Positions 48,247 to 61,531 of a DNA stretch of 64,000 nt are shown here, piece by piece. The stretch is from Paecilomyces variotii (Eukaryota). The first letter of the stretch is position 1, and each line of letters begins with the position of its first letter. The notes beneath the pieces are model-generated. The model did no database searches and had not been told where the DNA came from. It worked only from the letters and a program-made list of their open reading frames with translations. The stretch is taken from the NCBI GenBank assembly GCA_004022145.1, contig RCNU01000014.1. The stretch is one strand, 5' to 3'. Position numbers and translations under genes: made by a program.

Positions 48247-49728
48247 ATGCGGCGCGTACCTAACCGTGTGCTGTCCTTTCTCGCCGACGAACTCTTTAAG
48301 CTGTACGGAATTCTCAGCACATTTTCCCTTTCCTGGACGAGTGTTCGGTTATGGGTTGTCTTTTTATTGCTTCCGCTTTATATACTTTCTGTTGCCGTGC
48401 GCATTCTGCCATATATCGCGTTTAACGCCATCCACCTATTCTCCGAAGAGGGTCGGCAACACCTCGCCAGCAAGGCGGATGGATATCGAAGAGTGGAACG
48501 AGAGTGGGCGCAGAAGCAGCTACGGGGATCGTACGTATTCAAGGAAATCGTGTTGCGAAGACTAGGCCGCCATGAGATGACAGAATTACCCTGGGGAGAT
48601 GGAGTGCAGACCCTGCGAGTCTGCGGGGCAGATGCCAGGTTTATCAAAGTGAGGCCTAGAGTGACCCTCGCGGGGGAAACGTCACGACCACCGATTGTTC
48701 TTCTGCATGGGAATCCAAGCTGGTCATTTATGTGGAGAAATGTAAGTTCATGTCCACCCATTTTGGTGTCAATTTGATGGTAGAATGGTGCTAACGGTGT
48801 TCTTAATGTGAGGACTAGATCATCCCGCATTTGCTTGACCAGGGCCATGAGGTCTATGCCCTCGACTGGTTGGGCCATGGACGTAGTGACAAGATTCTCC
48901 GCAAAGAATTGATCAGCTTCGAGCTGCATATGAGGACATTGATCGAATTTTTTAATCGGACACAACTGCGCAATGCGGTCATAGTTGCTCATGATTGGGG
49001 AGGGTAAGTAGATATTGTCTGTTATAAGTATGACTTTTCAATGAACTTCACTGACAACATGTAGTTGTGTAGCCCTCTGTACAATTCCCCATCTCCAACC
49101 CAAGGCTGTGTCTCGTCTGTTTCTGCTCAACAGCTTTCTTCCCCCGCGCCCGTCCGACATCAGCATACACTGCTACCTACTTTACATCATCTGGTACCTC
49201 GCAACTGGTATCTTTGACGGCTATGTCCCGGAACCGCTCATTATGAGGTTTATGGTTCCGCGCAGTACAAATCTCGATCTCCAAGGGTACCGCGCTCCGT
49301 ACAAATCCGACGCCCGTACCAAGCAGAGTGTGACTCGGTTTGCGCACATCGTGCCAGGCCTGCCTCGACTGATCCTGCGGAATATACGACATCGCTATCT
49401 ATGGCGCGTGCTGGAGGGTCTCTGCGGACCGGTCAATTTTAGCGACATCAACACTCAAGCGCTGTTGTCAGCGCGGGACGACGATGTCCGAACCTTCTGG
49501 GCGGATCTGGAACACTCAGATTGGAGAGATCTCAAAGTTATGGTTGCGTTTGGCCAGGATGATACCCTTCTGAGGGATTATAAGGACGTATTAGTTCGTT
49601 TGATCGGTCCGCAGCACATGGTCGACTGGGCAAAGAACGGAGTATGGATAGCCGGTGCTGGACATTACCCAGTGGAGGAGAGACCGTATGAAGTTGTGAG
49701 GCTGATTGCCATGTTCTCTAGAGGGTAA
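48247..49728 (+). CDS. Alpha/beta hydrolase, haloalkane dehalogenase-like, with N-terminal hydrophobic segment
   Basis: Introns 48742-48819 and 49004-49064. Motifs LLHGNPSWSFMWR, DWLGHGRSDK, nucleophile elbow AHDWGG, FGQDD, AGHYPVEE. Confidence 0.85.
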
Positions 49729-49844
49729 TATAGCAGGACGGGGAAAGGCCTTATGATTAGTATTAATTGTGTTATTCGAGAATAGGTATCTAAACTGATT
49801 GCAGAAAAATTAAAGTTACTTCTCGATACGGTACGTTCCATAAG

Positions 49845-51281
49845 TCATAAAAGACCACCTTGCGCCCTCTGTTCGAGGTCATCGTGATCGTCACCGTCAT
49901 GGTATGCCCCCTCTCCACGATCTTCAACACTACCGTTCATCAACACCGACTTTACCCTCTTTCGTCGACATACCCAGTACCACAGACGTCCTATACTCAT
50001 GCTCAATCCATGCACCACGATCGATCCCAGCACAACCAAACACACTATAGGCCAGATAATGTCCACTGCGCGTTTCACGTCTGGATCGAGACCATTCTCT
50101 GGCGGTCGCGGCAAGGGCGGCGCCATATCGCCTTCTAACTGCGCTCTCGCTTCAATGGCGAGGAAAAGTGCCCCAACACCCATTGGCCCAAAGTGACCGC
50201 AGAACAAAGCCTCCTTCCAAGTCTTGATATCCGGAATCCATCTCTTGAACGCAAGAACAAACGGCAGTCGTCGAAAAAGCAGCACAAGGACAACTAGCCC
50301 GATCACTCGTTCAGCAGTTATGGTCGGTAACTCTCCTATAGCAGACCATGGGATTAGAGCTCCAAAATAGATAAATGTGGAGCTGTTCATGACAAGATCT
50401 ATGAGAGCAACGGGCGGTGGACTAGCAGATCGAGCTGAAGAGAACCAGCCGTCACGCGCGAAACCAACGCCAGCGCTGAAGGCGAGGAGGAAGTCGTCCA
50501 GGCCAAGTGTACTAGCGAGTCCAATACAGAAAATAGCCATCACAATGTGAAACAGGGAGAAGTATTGTGGACTTATTAACCCGCGACCATGCGCTAATCG
50601 GAGGGCGCGGTTCCCGCCAAATCCAAGTACTAGCAGACCAAAGGTGATGCCGCAAATGCATTGCCAGAGTATGGTGATGAACAGATAGGCCTTCGCTACC
50701 TCGGTTGCGCTTCCATGGTGCAGGATGAATAGGCCGATGTAAAGGAAAGGGAAGGAAACACCATCATTGCAACCGGACTCAGCGGAGAGCAACCGTTTAA
50801 TCCGTTCGGGCGTCTCCTCGGAGCTATCAAGGACACTCGCAGCCAATACTGGATCGGTGGGGGTTAGACAGGCGCTGATAATTAATGCAGTCGGGATGCC
50901 AGTGTCGAAGAGTAAATAGATGAATAGCGCGCAGACTACCCAGCCGCCTGCCATGACGGGACCCAGGAGCATTCCCACGCTCTTCCAATGCTGTGTGCAG
51001 TAATACTGGGGAAGCTCTAGACCGACCACAAATACCTGCATCCCAGTGGTGAGTCGCGTCAACTCTTGGGTGACATGGTCACCCAGGTACCATGCTCTGG
51101 GTTGCAGGATGCCCGTACATCGCGGCCCCAGCAGAAACCCGAGAGCAGTTGCAAGTGGAGGCTCTGCCAGATAGAGTCTATTTTTGATCGAGGTAGAGAA
51201 AAGGGTATAGAAGACCAGAAAGGTGGAGAGGATCAGATAGGAGAGATGGAGGGGCGTGGGCTTGAGCTGGTCCCAAGCCAT
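49845..51281 (-). CDS. Plasma-membrane Na+(K+)/H+ antiporter (Nha1/Sod2 family, short tail)
   Basis: Intronless; start MAWDQL. Motifs ACLTPTDPVLA, LSAESGCNDG, GLDDFL, FRRLP, EALFCGHFGPMGVGALF. Confidence 0.92.
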   Translation of the reverse strand: MAWDQLKPTPLHLSYLILSTFLVFYTLFSTSIKNRLYLAEPPLATALGFLLGPRCTGILQPRAWYLGDHVTQELTRLTTGMQVFVVGLELPQYYCTQHWKSVGMLLGPVMAGGWVVCALFIYLLFDTGIPTALIISACLTPTDPVLAASVLDSSEETPERIKRLLSAESGCNDGVSFPFLYIGLFILHHGSATEVAKAYLFITILWQCICGITFGLLVLGFGGNRALRLAHGRGLISPQYFSLFHIVMAIFCIGLASTLGLDDFLLAFSAGVGFARDGWFSSARSASPPPVALIDLVMNSSTFIYFGALIPWSAIGELPTITAERVIGLVVLVLLFRRLPFVLAFKRWIPDIKTWKEALFCGHFGPMGVGALFLAIEARAQLEGDMAPPLPRPPENGLDPDVKRAVDIIWPIVCLVVLGSIVVHGLSMSIGRLWYWVCRRKRVKSVLMNGSVEDRGEGAYHDGDDHDDLEQRAQGGLL

Positions 51282-52506
51282 GACGGGTCTGATTTCCACG
51301 GTTGACTTTTGTCTAGCATGGACGGTGAAATTGGGTAGAGATGTAGTTCTTGGCTGTCGAGACGCTTTTTATCTTGGACGTGGACGCTGGGTGACAATTG
51401 GTCTACCAAGCTTTGGACCTGAGCCAGGTTCCCTGTGTTTGTTAGGTACACCGCAGATTGGAGCAGTCAATCAATAATAGCGGTCAGTTTCTCGCGATAA
51501 AGTCGGACTGGACGCCAAACTGTAGTAAGTATAGCCAACCGTATACTTAGTATATACATCCATAGGGCTGCAGTGCAGTGAGCTTGTTCAGCAACCAAGG
51601 ATCGGATCAGTTTCCGGGATAATGACGTCTTGGCAGATTGTTTGATAATCGTTTAATGATAACTAAACAGCTGTGAGGTAATATAATACCATATGTTTCA
51701 ACCCTATCGTCTAGAAGAGCTTCCGACCGTAAGTCTTGGAATGATCTACTATTTTCGGATGAGGTAGCTAACTAAGTTAAATTCTATGGTAGAGCATTAT
51801 TTATTCTGTGTTCACTGTCGATGTCATCGAACATTAGGGTGAAGATCAAGAGGCTAGTAAATACCTAATAGCCTGATCGCACGCGACACAGTCAAGGATC
51901 GTCTGCGTCTACTTTGGTCTATCGTGAAACCGATCGCCATCACCGACGTAACCATGATGGCAGGACGCGACCACGGTAGCAGTCTAGAATCCCATAAGAA
52001 AAATCGTGTTTTATTGTCATCCGAACTAGGTCAGGCGAAGCTTTCTAGTGCTATCTATCCTAGAGGGTAGTCTAATCGCGAAGAGATTAACTGGTGGAGT
52101 TCTGGCGATATTTACCCGTGAATGACGGGGTGGGATCTTCATAAAAAGACAATATAGGAATACTGGTAGACGGCAAAGTGTGACAGACCAAAAGATACCA
52201 ACCAGATTTCTCATTCAAGGTTGTTGGTATCCGAGTGACGAACCAGAGGGAGCAGAAGAAGGTCTCAGATGTTCATTCACCAAGATAGATCGGGATGACG
52301 TCGGTGTAGAGTATACGAAACTCCTGATGCACATACAGACATGATAAGGGCTTTTCTCTCATCGATCTTTTATCAAAGTTCTTACGTTTCATCCTAACTT
52401 CTAAATAAGGGATTCTGATAGCAGTGCGCCCCCCTCGTAGTACATCATTCTAGCAAAAGTCAGGTACATACAACAAGACTGTTAAGAGTTCGTACAGCCA
52501 TCCAGA

Positions 52507-53661
52507 ATGCCTCCAGTCGAACTTAAGCGTGCCTCAACGCGGTTGCGCGAAGCTCTTAAAGGAGGTATGCTTTATCCATACAGAACAGATTTCACGGTTG
52601 TTAGTAACCAATATTGGCAACAGATCGATGTCTCATCGGACCCGGTGTCTTCGATGGCATCTCCACACGAGTCGCGGACCAGGTCGGCTTCGACTTCCTC
52701 TACCTCGCTGGTAGCGGTTCTACAGGCTCCTACTGCGGTGAGCCAGATCTGTCTGTGATGACCCAGACGGAATTCTTCAACCTGGCGCAGATGATCACCA
52801 CTCACACCGACAAGCCGGTAATTGCGGATGCTGATACTGGATTTGGTGGTCCTTTGAACATCGCCCGTACGATACGGTTGTACGAGCATGCTGGCGTTGC
52901 GGGATGTCATATTGAGGACCAGGTATCACTTTCTCTCTCTCTCTGCAAAGGAAATATGTACGAACCAGGAAAGTAACAGTTGAATCTAGGTATTCCCCAA
53001 ACGTTGCGGTCAATTGAAGGGGAAAGATGTTGTTGATACTGCCGTCTTCATCGAACGGATTCGTAGTGCCGTCGAAGCTCGTCAGGATCCGGACTTTGTC
53101 ATCATCGCCCGTACAGATGCCCGACAGGCTAACAGGTATGGAGGTCCGAAGGCCTCCCGGGAGGCGTTTGAAGAGGGCGTCAAGAGGCTCAAGGCTGCAT
53201 TGGCGGCGGGTGCTGATATGGCATTCATGGAATCGCCGCGATCAGAGGAGGAATGTAAGATTCTGGTTAAGGAGATGGGAGACAAGCCAGTTCTGATCAA
53301 TGTGTTGCCGAATGTATCGTCCCCTGCCATTCTATTTGGTTTTCTGATAGAGTAATAAATGCTAACTGAAATTACCTATACTTAGGGTCTAACTCCCAAC
53401 TTCACTACTGATGATTGTACCCGTCTAGGCTTCAAAGCAGCCATCTACCCGTGCACGGGATTCATTCCTGCCATGCTGGCCATGCAGCGTTCCTATGGTG
53501 CCCTGAAGGAGAAAGGCACTGACCTGCATGTCTGTGAAGGGCAGACTATCAAGCATTTCTTTGACCAGTTGGGTCTGGAAAAAGCGTGGGAGTTTGACAA
53601 CGCTATCGAAGAATTTTCCAGAAGGGAGATTGAGGATATCAGTAAGGGCCAGGAGAGTTAA
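52507..53661 (+). CDS. Isocitrate lyase/PEP mutase superfamily C-C lyase (oxaloacetate hydrolase/dimethylmalate lyase-like)
   Basis: Introns 52565-52624, 52924-52989, 53314-53385. Motifs PGVFDGIS, VIADADTGFGG, HIEDQVFPKRCGQL, IIARTDA. Confidence 0.9.
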
Positions 53662-53957
53662 GTGACTGCCAGCTCGTGATGAGAATACCATATCTATGTC
53701 AGTTACGCCGGTTGTCACATTCTATTGAAAGAGAAAAACGCATATCTTGAGTCTTCTAATGTCTCTGATTTCATTACATCCATACTGTCCTAATATCCTA
53801 ATACATATTTTTTGCCCAACGTAACTGATACTACAAAATACGCTGAGGCCCCAAGTTCTACCCATGCCATTCTATGTATGATGAACATTTCAAGACTCCA
53901 GTCCTTCCATATAGCAATGTAACCCCTTACTGTCATTAGTCGCAAATCATTACAGGC

Positions 53958-55466
53958 TCAATCGAAGATCGCCCAGCCAGTGGACCCCACAACAGTGATA
54001 AGCAGTAATCCTGTCAGAATACCAGCACCGGCACGATCTGCCGTCGTAATAGGGTCAGTGAGGACTCTCGGTGAGTCTCCAGAGGATCTCCCTGTGCCGG
54101 CGGAATAGTCACCCTTGCTGGTCCCGCCGCTGGAGTTGGTTACCGGTGGTGCAACATTAGTGATGAGAGTCGACTGGAGCACTTCCAGAACACTCATCTG
54201 CTCCCCAACTCCTTGGCTACCATCCCATTTCTGGTCTGTCCATTTCAGACCACAGCTCGTTCCTTCAGAGCCACCAGTGCAAGTTTTTGCTGCAGCTGCA
54301 GCGGAAGCACGAAGCTTCGCTATCACAGCGTCGTAAGTAAAGGGAGCCATTTGGGTCGTGGCTGCCATCCATCGAGACAAGTACGCTTTGAATGAGCGCT
54401 GGTCGACTTGACACGTATTTATCGGCTCACAGGCTCGCTCATACATGACATCCTTTGGATTGTCAGAGAAGAACACTCCCGTGGCATCGAGAATCTTCTG
54501 GGTCCGATCCTGCCATTTCGGATCACCATTCGTCTAATGATGCGTCAGGTTAGCTTTTATCTCGTGTTACTTCAGCAATTCCACAAGCTTACGTGGTTGA
54601 ACATGTTTGCCGCCCCCAACAGATAGACTCCGGCATTATATGTCCATTGGATCTGGTTGAACTGGGTACAGTTCTTGGTATCATCTGCACCATCCCAAAA
54701 TTCATATGTCGGCGTCATGAACCCCACAGTCTCCGTCCAGTCCCAAATCTTTTCTGCCCAGTCTGCATAAGTCTGGTTGTTCGTATACTTCGCGAGTCGT
54801 GCAGCGATATTGAAGAAACATCCGTTCGAGATGGTGTTCTTGTAGTTGTAGCCGTTGTTCCAGGTGAAGATCTGCCAGCGGAGACCACCGCCGCAAGTCT
54901 GCATGTCCCATCGACTCGCTTGTTCATTAAACACCGCCTGCACTAACTCCAGCCATTGGGGCTTGTCCTTTGGCGGATTTGGAAAATTTCGTTCCGCGGC
55001 AGACATTGCTGCGAAAGCCCAGAATGCCTGATCGTCATTTCCTTCAGTCTTGGTCTGGTTCGCCGGCATGAAGTCGGAAGTTGGACTGGCCTGCCACAGC
55101 ATGGCTTGAGTGATTATATCGTTCCATGTTGAATCACCAGTATAGAACCAATAATCGACCAATGTGCCAGACATTGCACCAGCCTCCCACCAATAGTATG
55201 GAGGAGGTAAGTTCCCGGGAACATCTCCTGGGTTCATTCCAGTATAATAGCTCATCATGTTAGTGGCTACAGCTTTAGCAGCTTGCTTTAACGACTCTAC
55301 GAGCATCAGTCAATAAGACCAGCTAGATAGCAGTTCAACAACACGTACCAGGATCTTCAAAGTTTATGTCAACGGCCTGTACGGCCTGGGACCATATAAG
55401 CAAAGTTGAGAGGAAGCCCGCCCATGATGAGAACGGACGTCTACTGGAAATCGCGAACCATTTCAT
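53958..55466 (-). CDS. GH76 alpha-1,6-mannanase/transglycosidase (Dfg5/Dcw1 family), GPI-type
   Basis: Signal peptide exon starts at 55466; two introns. Motifs YYWWEAGAM, catalytic [41 protein letters not shown]-terminal DRAGAGILT. Confidence 0.95.
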
Positions 55467-57340
55467 GACCGTTCTCGAGGGCGAATATCCAAGTTCGAGG
55501 GACTAGGAGCACTGAGAAGCAAAAGTGCCCATCAGGCTGCGCATCTACAAGGCGATGTACCTTGTTGAACGACGCTTTCCTACGTCATCGATCGGTCCAG
55601 CCCTCCGTGTAGGTCAATTGAAGCAATAGTAAATGTCGCCGCTCTGAGTAACGACAAGACGAGGTCAATAAAAGAAATGGCATATGAGATTAGACGGAGC
55701 TGTCGAGGATGCAGAGAAAGGCACAAAGAAAGATCTAGTGCGGCAGATAAGAATCAATAAGCCACCTGATGCGCAATAGAAAAGGAACGCAATAGCCTTC
55801 CAGAGCAAGGGCGTGGGAACCTCGGGGGATTAAAGAGCAGCAGCACATGGTAAGATCATCATTGTCACGTTGTGCATTCTGGGTACGGTACAGACCACAT
55901 ACGCCAAGATCCCATTAGTTTTCCCTTTAATCTGTCCACATCGAGAGATCACCATTGAAACTGGGGGTATCATCGTCATCGAGATGTAGTGGTAGTGCAG
56001 ATCTCAACCACGGTTTATTCCCTTTATATGTTCGGCTTATTCCGCCAATCTGCGCTTGAGCGGCCTTTAGAGCCCAAAGCAAAACCACTCAAGGTCTCTT
56101 GTGATTCCTGCGGCGCCTGGATGCAGTTGGGATATGAATAAAGTTATCGAGGATATCTCCCTGAAGGAACAATGTTCGTCATAGGGATGGGGGGAAACGG
56201 CGCGTAGCGACATCAAGCGCATAAAGGGGATGATCATGATCATATAATATTCCACATGGGCTGAAGTTCTTTGTTTGACATGAGACATGGCTCAATCGTT
56301 CCTGCCCCTGTCAAAGGCCACGAGTAAGCGCTCCCTGTATCGGTGGCGCCCCGCATCAACTTAGTGGGATAACGAGATACACTTGAGCTCGGATAGACAA
56401 CTATAGTTTGATGCAATTGGTTGTTTGACGGCGATATGTTGTTTGGCTAATTGTGACAAGACATCTTCGTGCCCTTAGCACTGCTAATCGTGTCATCTGT
56501 CAAGAGGAAGGAGAAGTCAGCTAGTCAATTGTAGACTTCATCAGTCTGTTTCTCAACACAGTTATGCAACTCCAGTCGGTCAAAGTATTAACATGGTTAA
56601 TTCAGCTGAACTACAAAGGCGGGGCGATACGTGACTAAATTCAGTTTCTGATTGGGTTTTTATTGGCAAGGAAATATCATTTGAGTAGCATTTTCAAGTC
56701 TATCACACTAGCTATTCATGGACCTGGCAGATGAGATTTCCTGCTCCAATTCTTGGTCCATTCGATGCTTGGACAATATGATCATTTGAATACTTCCAGC
56801 CAAGAATCGATCTAGGAAATCGTTTTTATTACCGCGGTTGTCGAAAACCATCTTAAAGAGGTCATCCGAGACGTCCAAGTATAGTGTTGATGATAGATAC
56901 AGTCCCTTTGGGCCAATGCCGGAGTGTGTAGGTCCCTATCATTAGCCAGATAGCCCCGCGGGTTTCTCAGTTTCAGAAGAGACAAATCAATCAATGCGTC
57001 CACTAGATGCAAGAAGAGCTTCCGCGTTATTAAGAAACAACACAATCACCCTCAGGGTTAATAAGAAATTTCTTTTATTCTCTGTATCAAACAGAAGTAA
57101 TACACGATCATCGATATAGAATCGTATCTCTCGTAAATCGATTTTTGTCTTCCAGCCGGTCTAGGTCCAACCCGGTCTGTCCATGGTCTCCCGCATCTAG
57201 CAATACCCGGGAAAGGAAAATGGGAATGTCGTCAAGAAAATAATATAAATGTGAAGAAAAAGAAATCATTGTGTACCTAGAGGAGAGGGTTTTGTAAGCA
57301 AAGTGAAGAGAAAATCATTAGTAGGGGAGGTCCGGCTTGT

Positions 57341-59965
57341 TCAATCTTATAACCGAAAGGCGTATCTCTTAGTAATATCGAAAAGCATCCAGTGAAATTC
57401 GTTTACGCAGTGGGAATCATTCGCGAAAGCAGCGTGTGTCGCATCAGGAAAGGGTACATTAACAGTCGTGGGTCACGTACTCTCATAACATCCCCATCCC
57501 TCACCGGGATGTCCAGTCTCTCCATCTCCTTCAGTGGGCCGTCCGGAAAGGATATTGACAACCTCTTGAAGGTTGATCCAGAACTCAGTCTTGGGTCGAC
57601 GGCGCTTCCAGTCGGTTTCAGTAGCCTCAAGGCCGTTAGGACCACCCATGGGGGAGATGATCACCTCAGAGCCCTTCACACCGATAACACCCGCCGAGAG
57701 CTCATCAGCAGCAATCTCATCGCGTGACTTTCCAGCGAATGACTCAAAGTGCTGCATGCACTTGATAGCCATACGAAGAGCACGCACACGATCCATAGGA
57801 GAGGGGTTACCACCTTGCTGGAAGTGTCCGGGAACCGCAGCGCGAGATTCGAAGCGACCCTTGGCCTCTTCAGCGATCATGTCGGCGACGAACTGCGTGG
57901 TATAGGTCTTGGAGGCGCACTCATTGCGCAGGATGATCTTTCCTGCGCGATTGGCGCCCTTGTCATGGGAGAAGTTATGACGAAGGAATGTAATGTCCCG
58001 CAAGAGCATCTTGAGGTCGATACCCTCCTCAGGGATGTAGGAGGCAACGGCTCCAACTGCGAGACCTGCGGTAGTGGCGACGTAGCCGGACTGGCCACCC
58101 TGTGTCTCCACGACAAATACACGGCGACGGGTGGAGGACGCAGACTGTCTGATAGTATCACAGAAGGTGACAAGGGTGTTCAGACAAGTGTCGCTGCCCA
58201 GGGAATATTCCGTACCGGGAACGTTGTTGGAGATGGTGGCGGGCAACACCATAATGGGGATCTTAAACACAGGGTACTGCTCACGGGCCTGGCGCAACTG
58301 GCTAGCGGCAGTGAAAGCCTCGAAACCACCGATGATGAAGAGAGCGTCAAACTTGTACTTTTCGAAGCAGCTGGCGGTAGTCTCCATATTCTCCGCCGGC
58401 AGGCCACGGTTGGTTCCAATTTCCGAACCACCCACATTAACCCAGTTGTCTGACTCGAGCCACTGAACTTCGCGGACCGAGCTGATAGGCTTGTCCGCAT
58501 GGTGTCGGCATAGACCAGGGAAACCGTTGTGAATAGCAAGGGGGGTATGTCCTCTCGTCAAACAGTAGGCGACGGCAGCACGGGTTGCTGGGTTCATACC
58601 ACCAGCCGGGGCACCGACGTGGATAATAGCAATGCGCATTTTCTGCTGCCTGTTAGCATTGTTCATATGATACCGGGCGCTGGCATGTTCAACATACCTT
58701 GTCGTCGGGAAGCATCATCCTAGGGTGGTCCGGGGTCGCGGTGTTGATGTAGGCATGGTGGTACTCTCGGAATTCGGCGTCGCGCAGGTCCATGGCCTTC
58801 GAGAACTCCTTCGACTCGATGAGTGCACTAACTTTCTTTGTTAATTTGACGGCCTCCATGAGAGGAGTCCTCTCGATCTTGTTCTCTCTGATTGTAATTA
58901 CAGGAGATGGCGACGTCGGAGTGGTGTCTAGAACGGCCTTGACAGCCTCCACACCCTGGAGCGTTGAGAGCCATCGGTCATAAGCGCAGGCGGGGCCTCC
59001 TCTCTGAGTGTGACCAAGAATAGTGACACGGGTATCAAGACCAAGCCTCTTGCTGAGAATGTCCTTGATGTGATCGGAGCTGATTTTGTTCAGATGCAGG
59101 TCCTGCGCTCCTTCGGCCACGATCACGATTGTTCGTCTCTTTCCTCGCTCTTTGCGGTTCTATAACGCCCTGTCAGTGGCCGCTAGGAGTGGGTGAATGT
59201 GACTAGACAAGACTATCTACTCACCTTGGTAATCGTCGCGCACATGTCATCCTCCCAGCCATCGTGTGGAGGCATCTCAGGAATGAAGACCCAATCCGCA
59301 CCCGTACTGATGGCCGCCATCAATGCCAGCCAACCGCAGTGTCTACCCATAACCTCGATCACGAAACCGCGCTGGTGCGATGAAGCAGTGTCGAAGATAT
59401 CGTCGACTGCGTCGACGATCCGTGTCAGAGATGAGTAGCAGCCGATGGTGGCATCTGTGGAGGACATGTCGTTGTCAATAGATCCCACTAGTCCAACAAT
59501 GTTTAGAACCTGGTAGGGTTTGATCTGAGCGTCCGTCAATTCGCCCTTGTCGACCAATTCGCGAAGCAGGCCCGGCCATTCTGATCTGAAAACATCTGCG
59601 CCGGTCAAACTGCCGTCACCACCACAGACAACCAGTGCGTCAATGCCACGGAGGACCATGTTCTTAGCCGCCTGGAGACGGCCTGGACGTTCCCGGAAGC
59701 TGGCACTACGGGCAGAACCGATCAGAGTACCTCCTCGCGAGAGCCAGCCACGGACATCCTCCCAGTGCATCTGGCGGATCAAGCTACCACCCTGCACAAG
59801 ACCCTCGTATCCTTCATGGACGGCGTAGGCCTCGCAGCCACAGTGGATAGCCATCCGGACGACGGCGCGAACAGCACCGTTCATACCCGGTGCATCTCCT
59901 CCAGAAGTGAGCACACCAATGCGGCGTCTCTTGGGAGGCTCCACGGGAGCATGCGAGGTGGCCAT
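57341..59965 (-). CDS. pfkA: ATP-dependent 6-phosphofructokinase
   Basis: Starts MATSHA; motifs [42 protein letters not shown]. Internal introns ~59224-59160 and ~58696-58643. A probable final intron 57480-57346 gives ...CYEN*; if it is not spliced the ORF stops at 57473. Confidence 0.95.
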
Positions 59966-61531
59966 CTCGATAACAGTCCCGTGAAGGTAGGTTTTCAACA
60001 AGTCAATGCCGTGTCAATGGAAGACAGAAGGCAAAATTGATCGAATAACAACAGCAGCAGCAGTGTCTCTCAGACTCCGTGCCTGGAAACTGAATCAATG
60101 GCAAATGAAGCAAATGGTTGTTGGATAGCGGGGGATTGAAGCTCTTGTGTGGTGGGGGGTTCCGGTGAGAAAAAGCGGCGGAACGGGAGGATAACGTCAC
60201 TAAATACTGTGCCTAACGGTGAATCGCAGTATGACGCAGTGTCTCCATCGAAGTTGATCTTGAGAGTTAATTATGTTTGTTTTTGTTTTTGTTTTTTTTA
60301 GCTTGAGACGGTGTGATGAGCAGAGCAGAGCAGAGCAAGAGGATGGAGTGAGGTTAATAAGAGACGCTGGCTAAGTACGTAGGTACCTTCTCTCGCTCAT
60401 GCTTTTCGTCGCCGAATTGGATGCTCGACGTCACCGCCCCTGCTGATTCCGGTTTAGCGCGGGGTTCTCTCGTCTCCTATCATGTGATCCGTCACGCTGT
60501 CCTGTCGCGCCTCTCCCGTTACTAAGAATACATCTTCTTGAATTCTACTTAGATCATCAGTTAACTGGCATAGTCAGCGTCTTTCTTTCTATCGAGTAGC
60601 ATTATTGCTCTTTGATAATTGAAGACATGAGAATAACCAAGCAAACGATGAGCCCCACCCGAAGCCAGCGTAGCGTCACGGACGACCGTGCTGCATCGGA
60701 CCCCCCGATCGATATCATACGTCTCCAGCAAGAATAGGCAAAGACAACACTCGATGGTACTCTAATCCTGGCATCTTCACCCGGATATGGCATTCTCGTC
60801 TTTGGACCGTTGGACAGTCTCCCCATGGATGCAGGGCCACGGTCAGCATGAAACCGCTTTTTTCGTTACTTAGTTGCGGTCGTCTACAAAGGCTGGGCTT
60901 CTGCATCCCGGCGGGTTACGAAGCATTTGTTCCTGGATGCGACGAGTGATCGAATCGATCGATCGATCAGACAAGGCCCCTCAACCTGGAGGGAACCAAT
61001 TGATTGATCGACCTGCCTCCTAGATAGTAGTTGTTGAAGTCATCGTTGGAAAATCGGATAATCGGGCCGTCTGCACCCGATCAATGTAGTTGCGAGCATG
61101 GCCTGATCCATGCAGCAGATGATCGAGACAATATCCCGCTAGTTTTCGATTCTAGAAGAAAATTCGACACGGTCGTGCAATAATCTACGGAACGAGAAGT
61201 ATGGTGTCCCACGCGCCCTCGTCTTAGCCCGCAATCAATGGTTGCGGGATGAGATGCCCATGGTAGGCGCTCCAGCGTTTCCCTGTTATTGTTACAATCA
61301 GAGTGTCATGATTATTACATTCTCATCGGTACATTACTACCTGTGCTTGACTCAATATAAGAACATGCATTTATATATATATATATATTCAGTCATGATA
61401 GGTCCAGTTCAAGAAATATATATTGGTCTTTTCACCTATGACATTTGAGTTCATAGTAAGACCATGTTTTCCATAGAACAGAATATCAATCATAATCTCA
61501 TGATTAATATCACCATGGCTCATCCTCCAGC

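Noticed and set aside
29800..53700. Starship or other large mobile element explaining the accessory block
   Set aside because: No tyrosine-recombinase captain, transposase, reverse transcriptase or defined termini were visible in the window.
60276..61388. Short simple repeats (TGTTTT)n, (GAGCA)4, (GATC)n and (AT)n
   Set aside because: Ordinary microsatellites in promoter/terminator DNA; no spacer structure, so not CRISPR-like.
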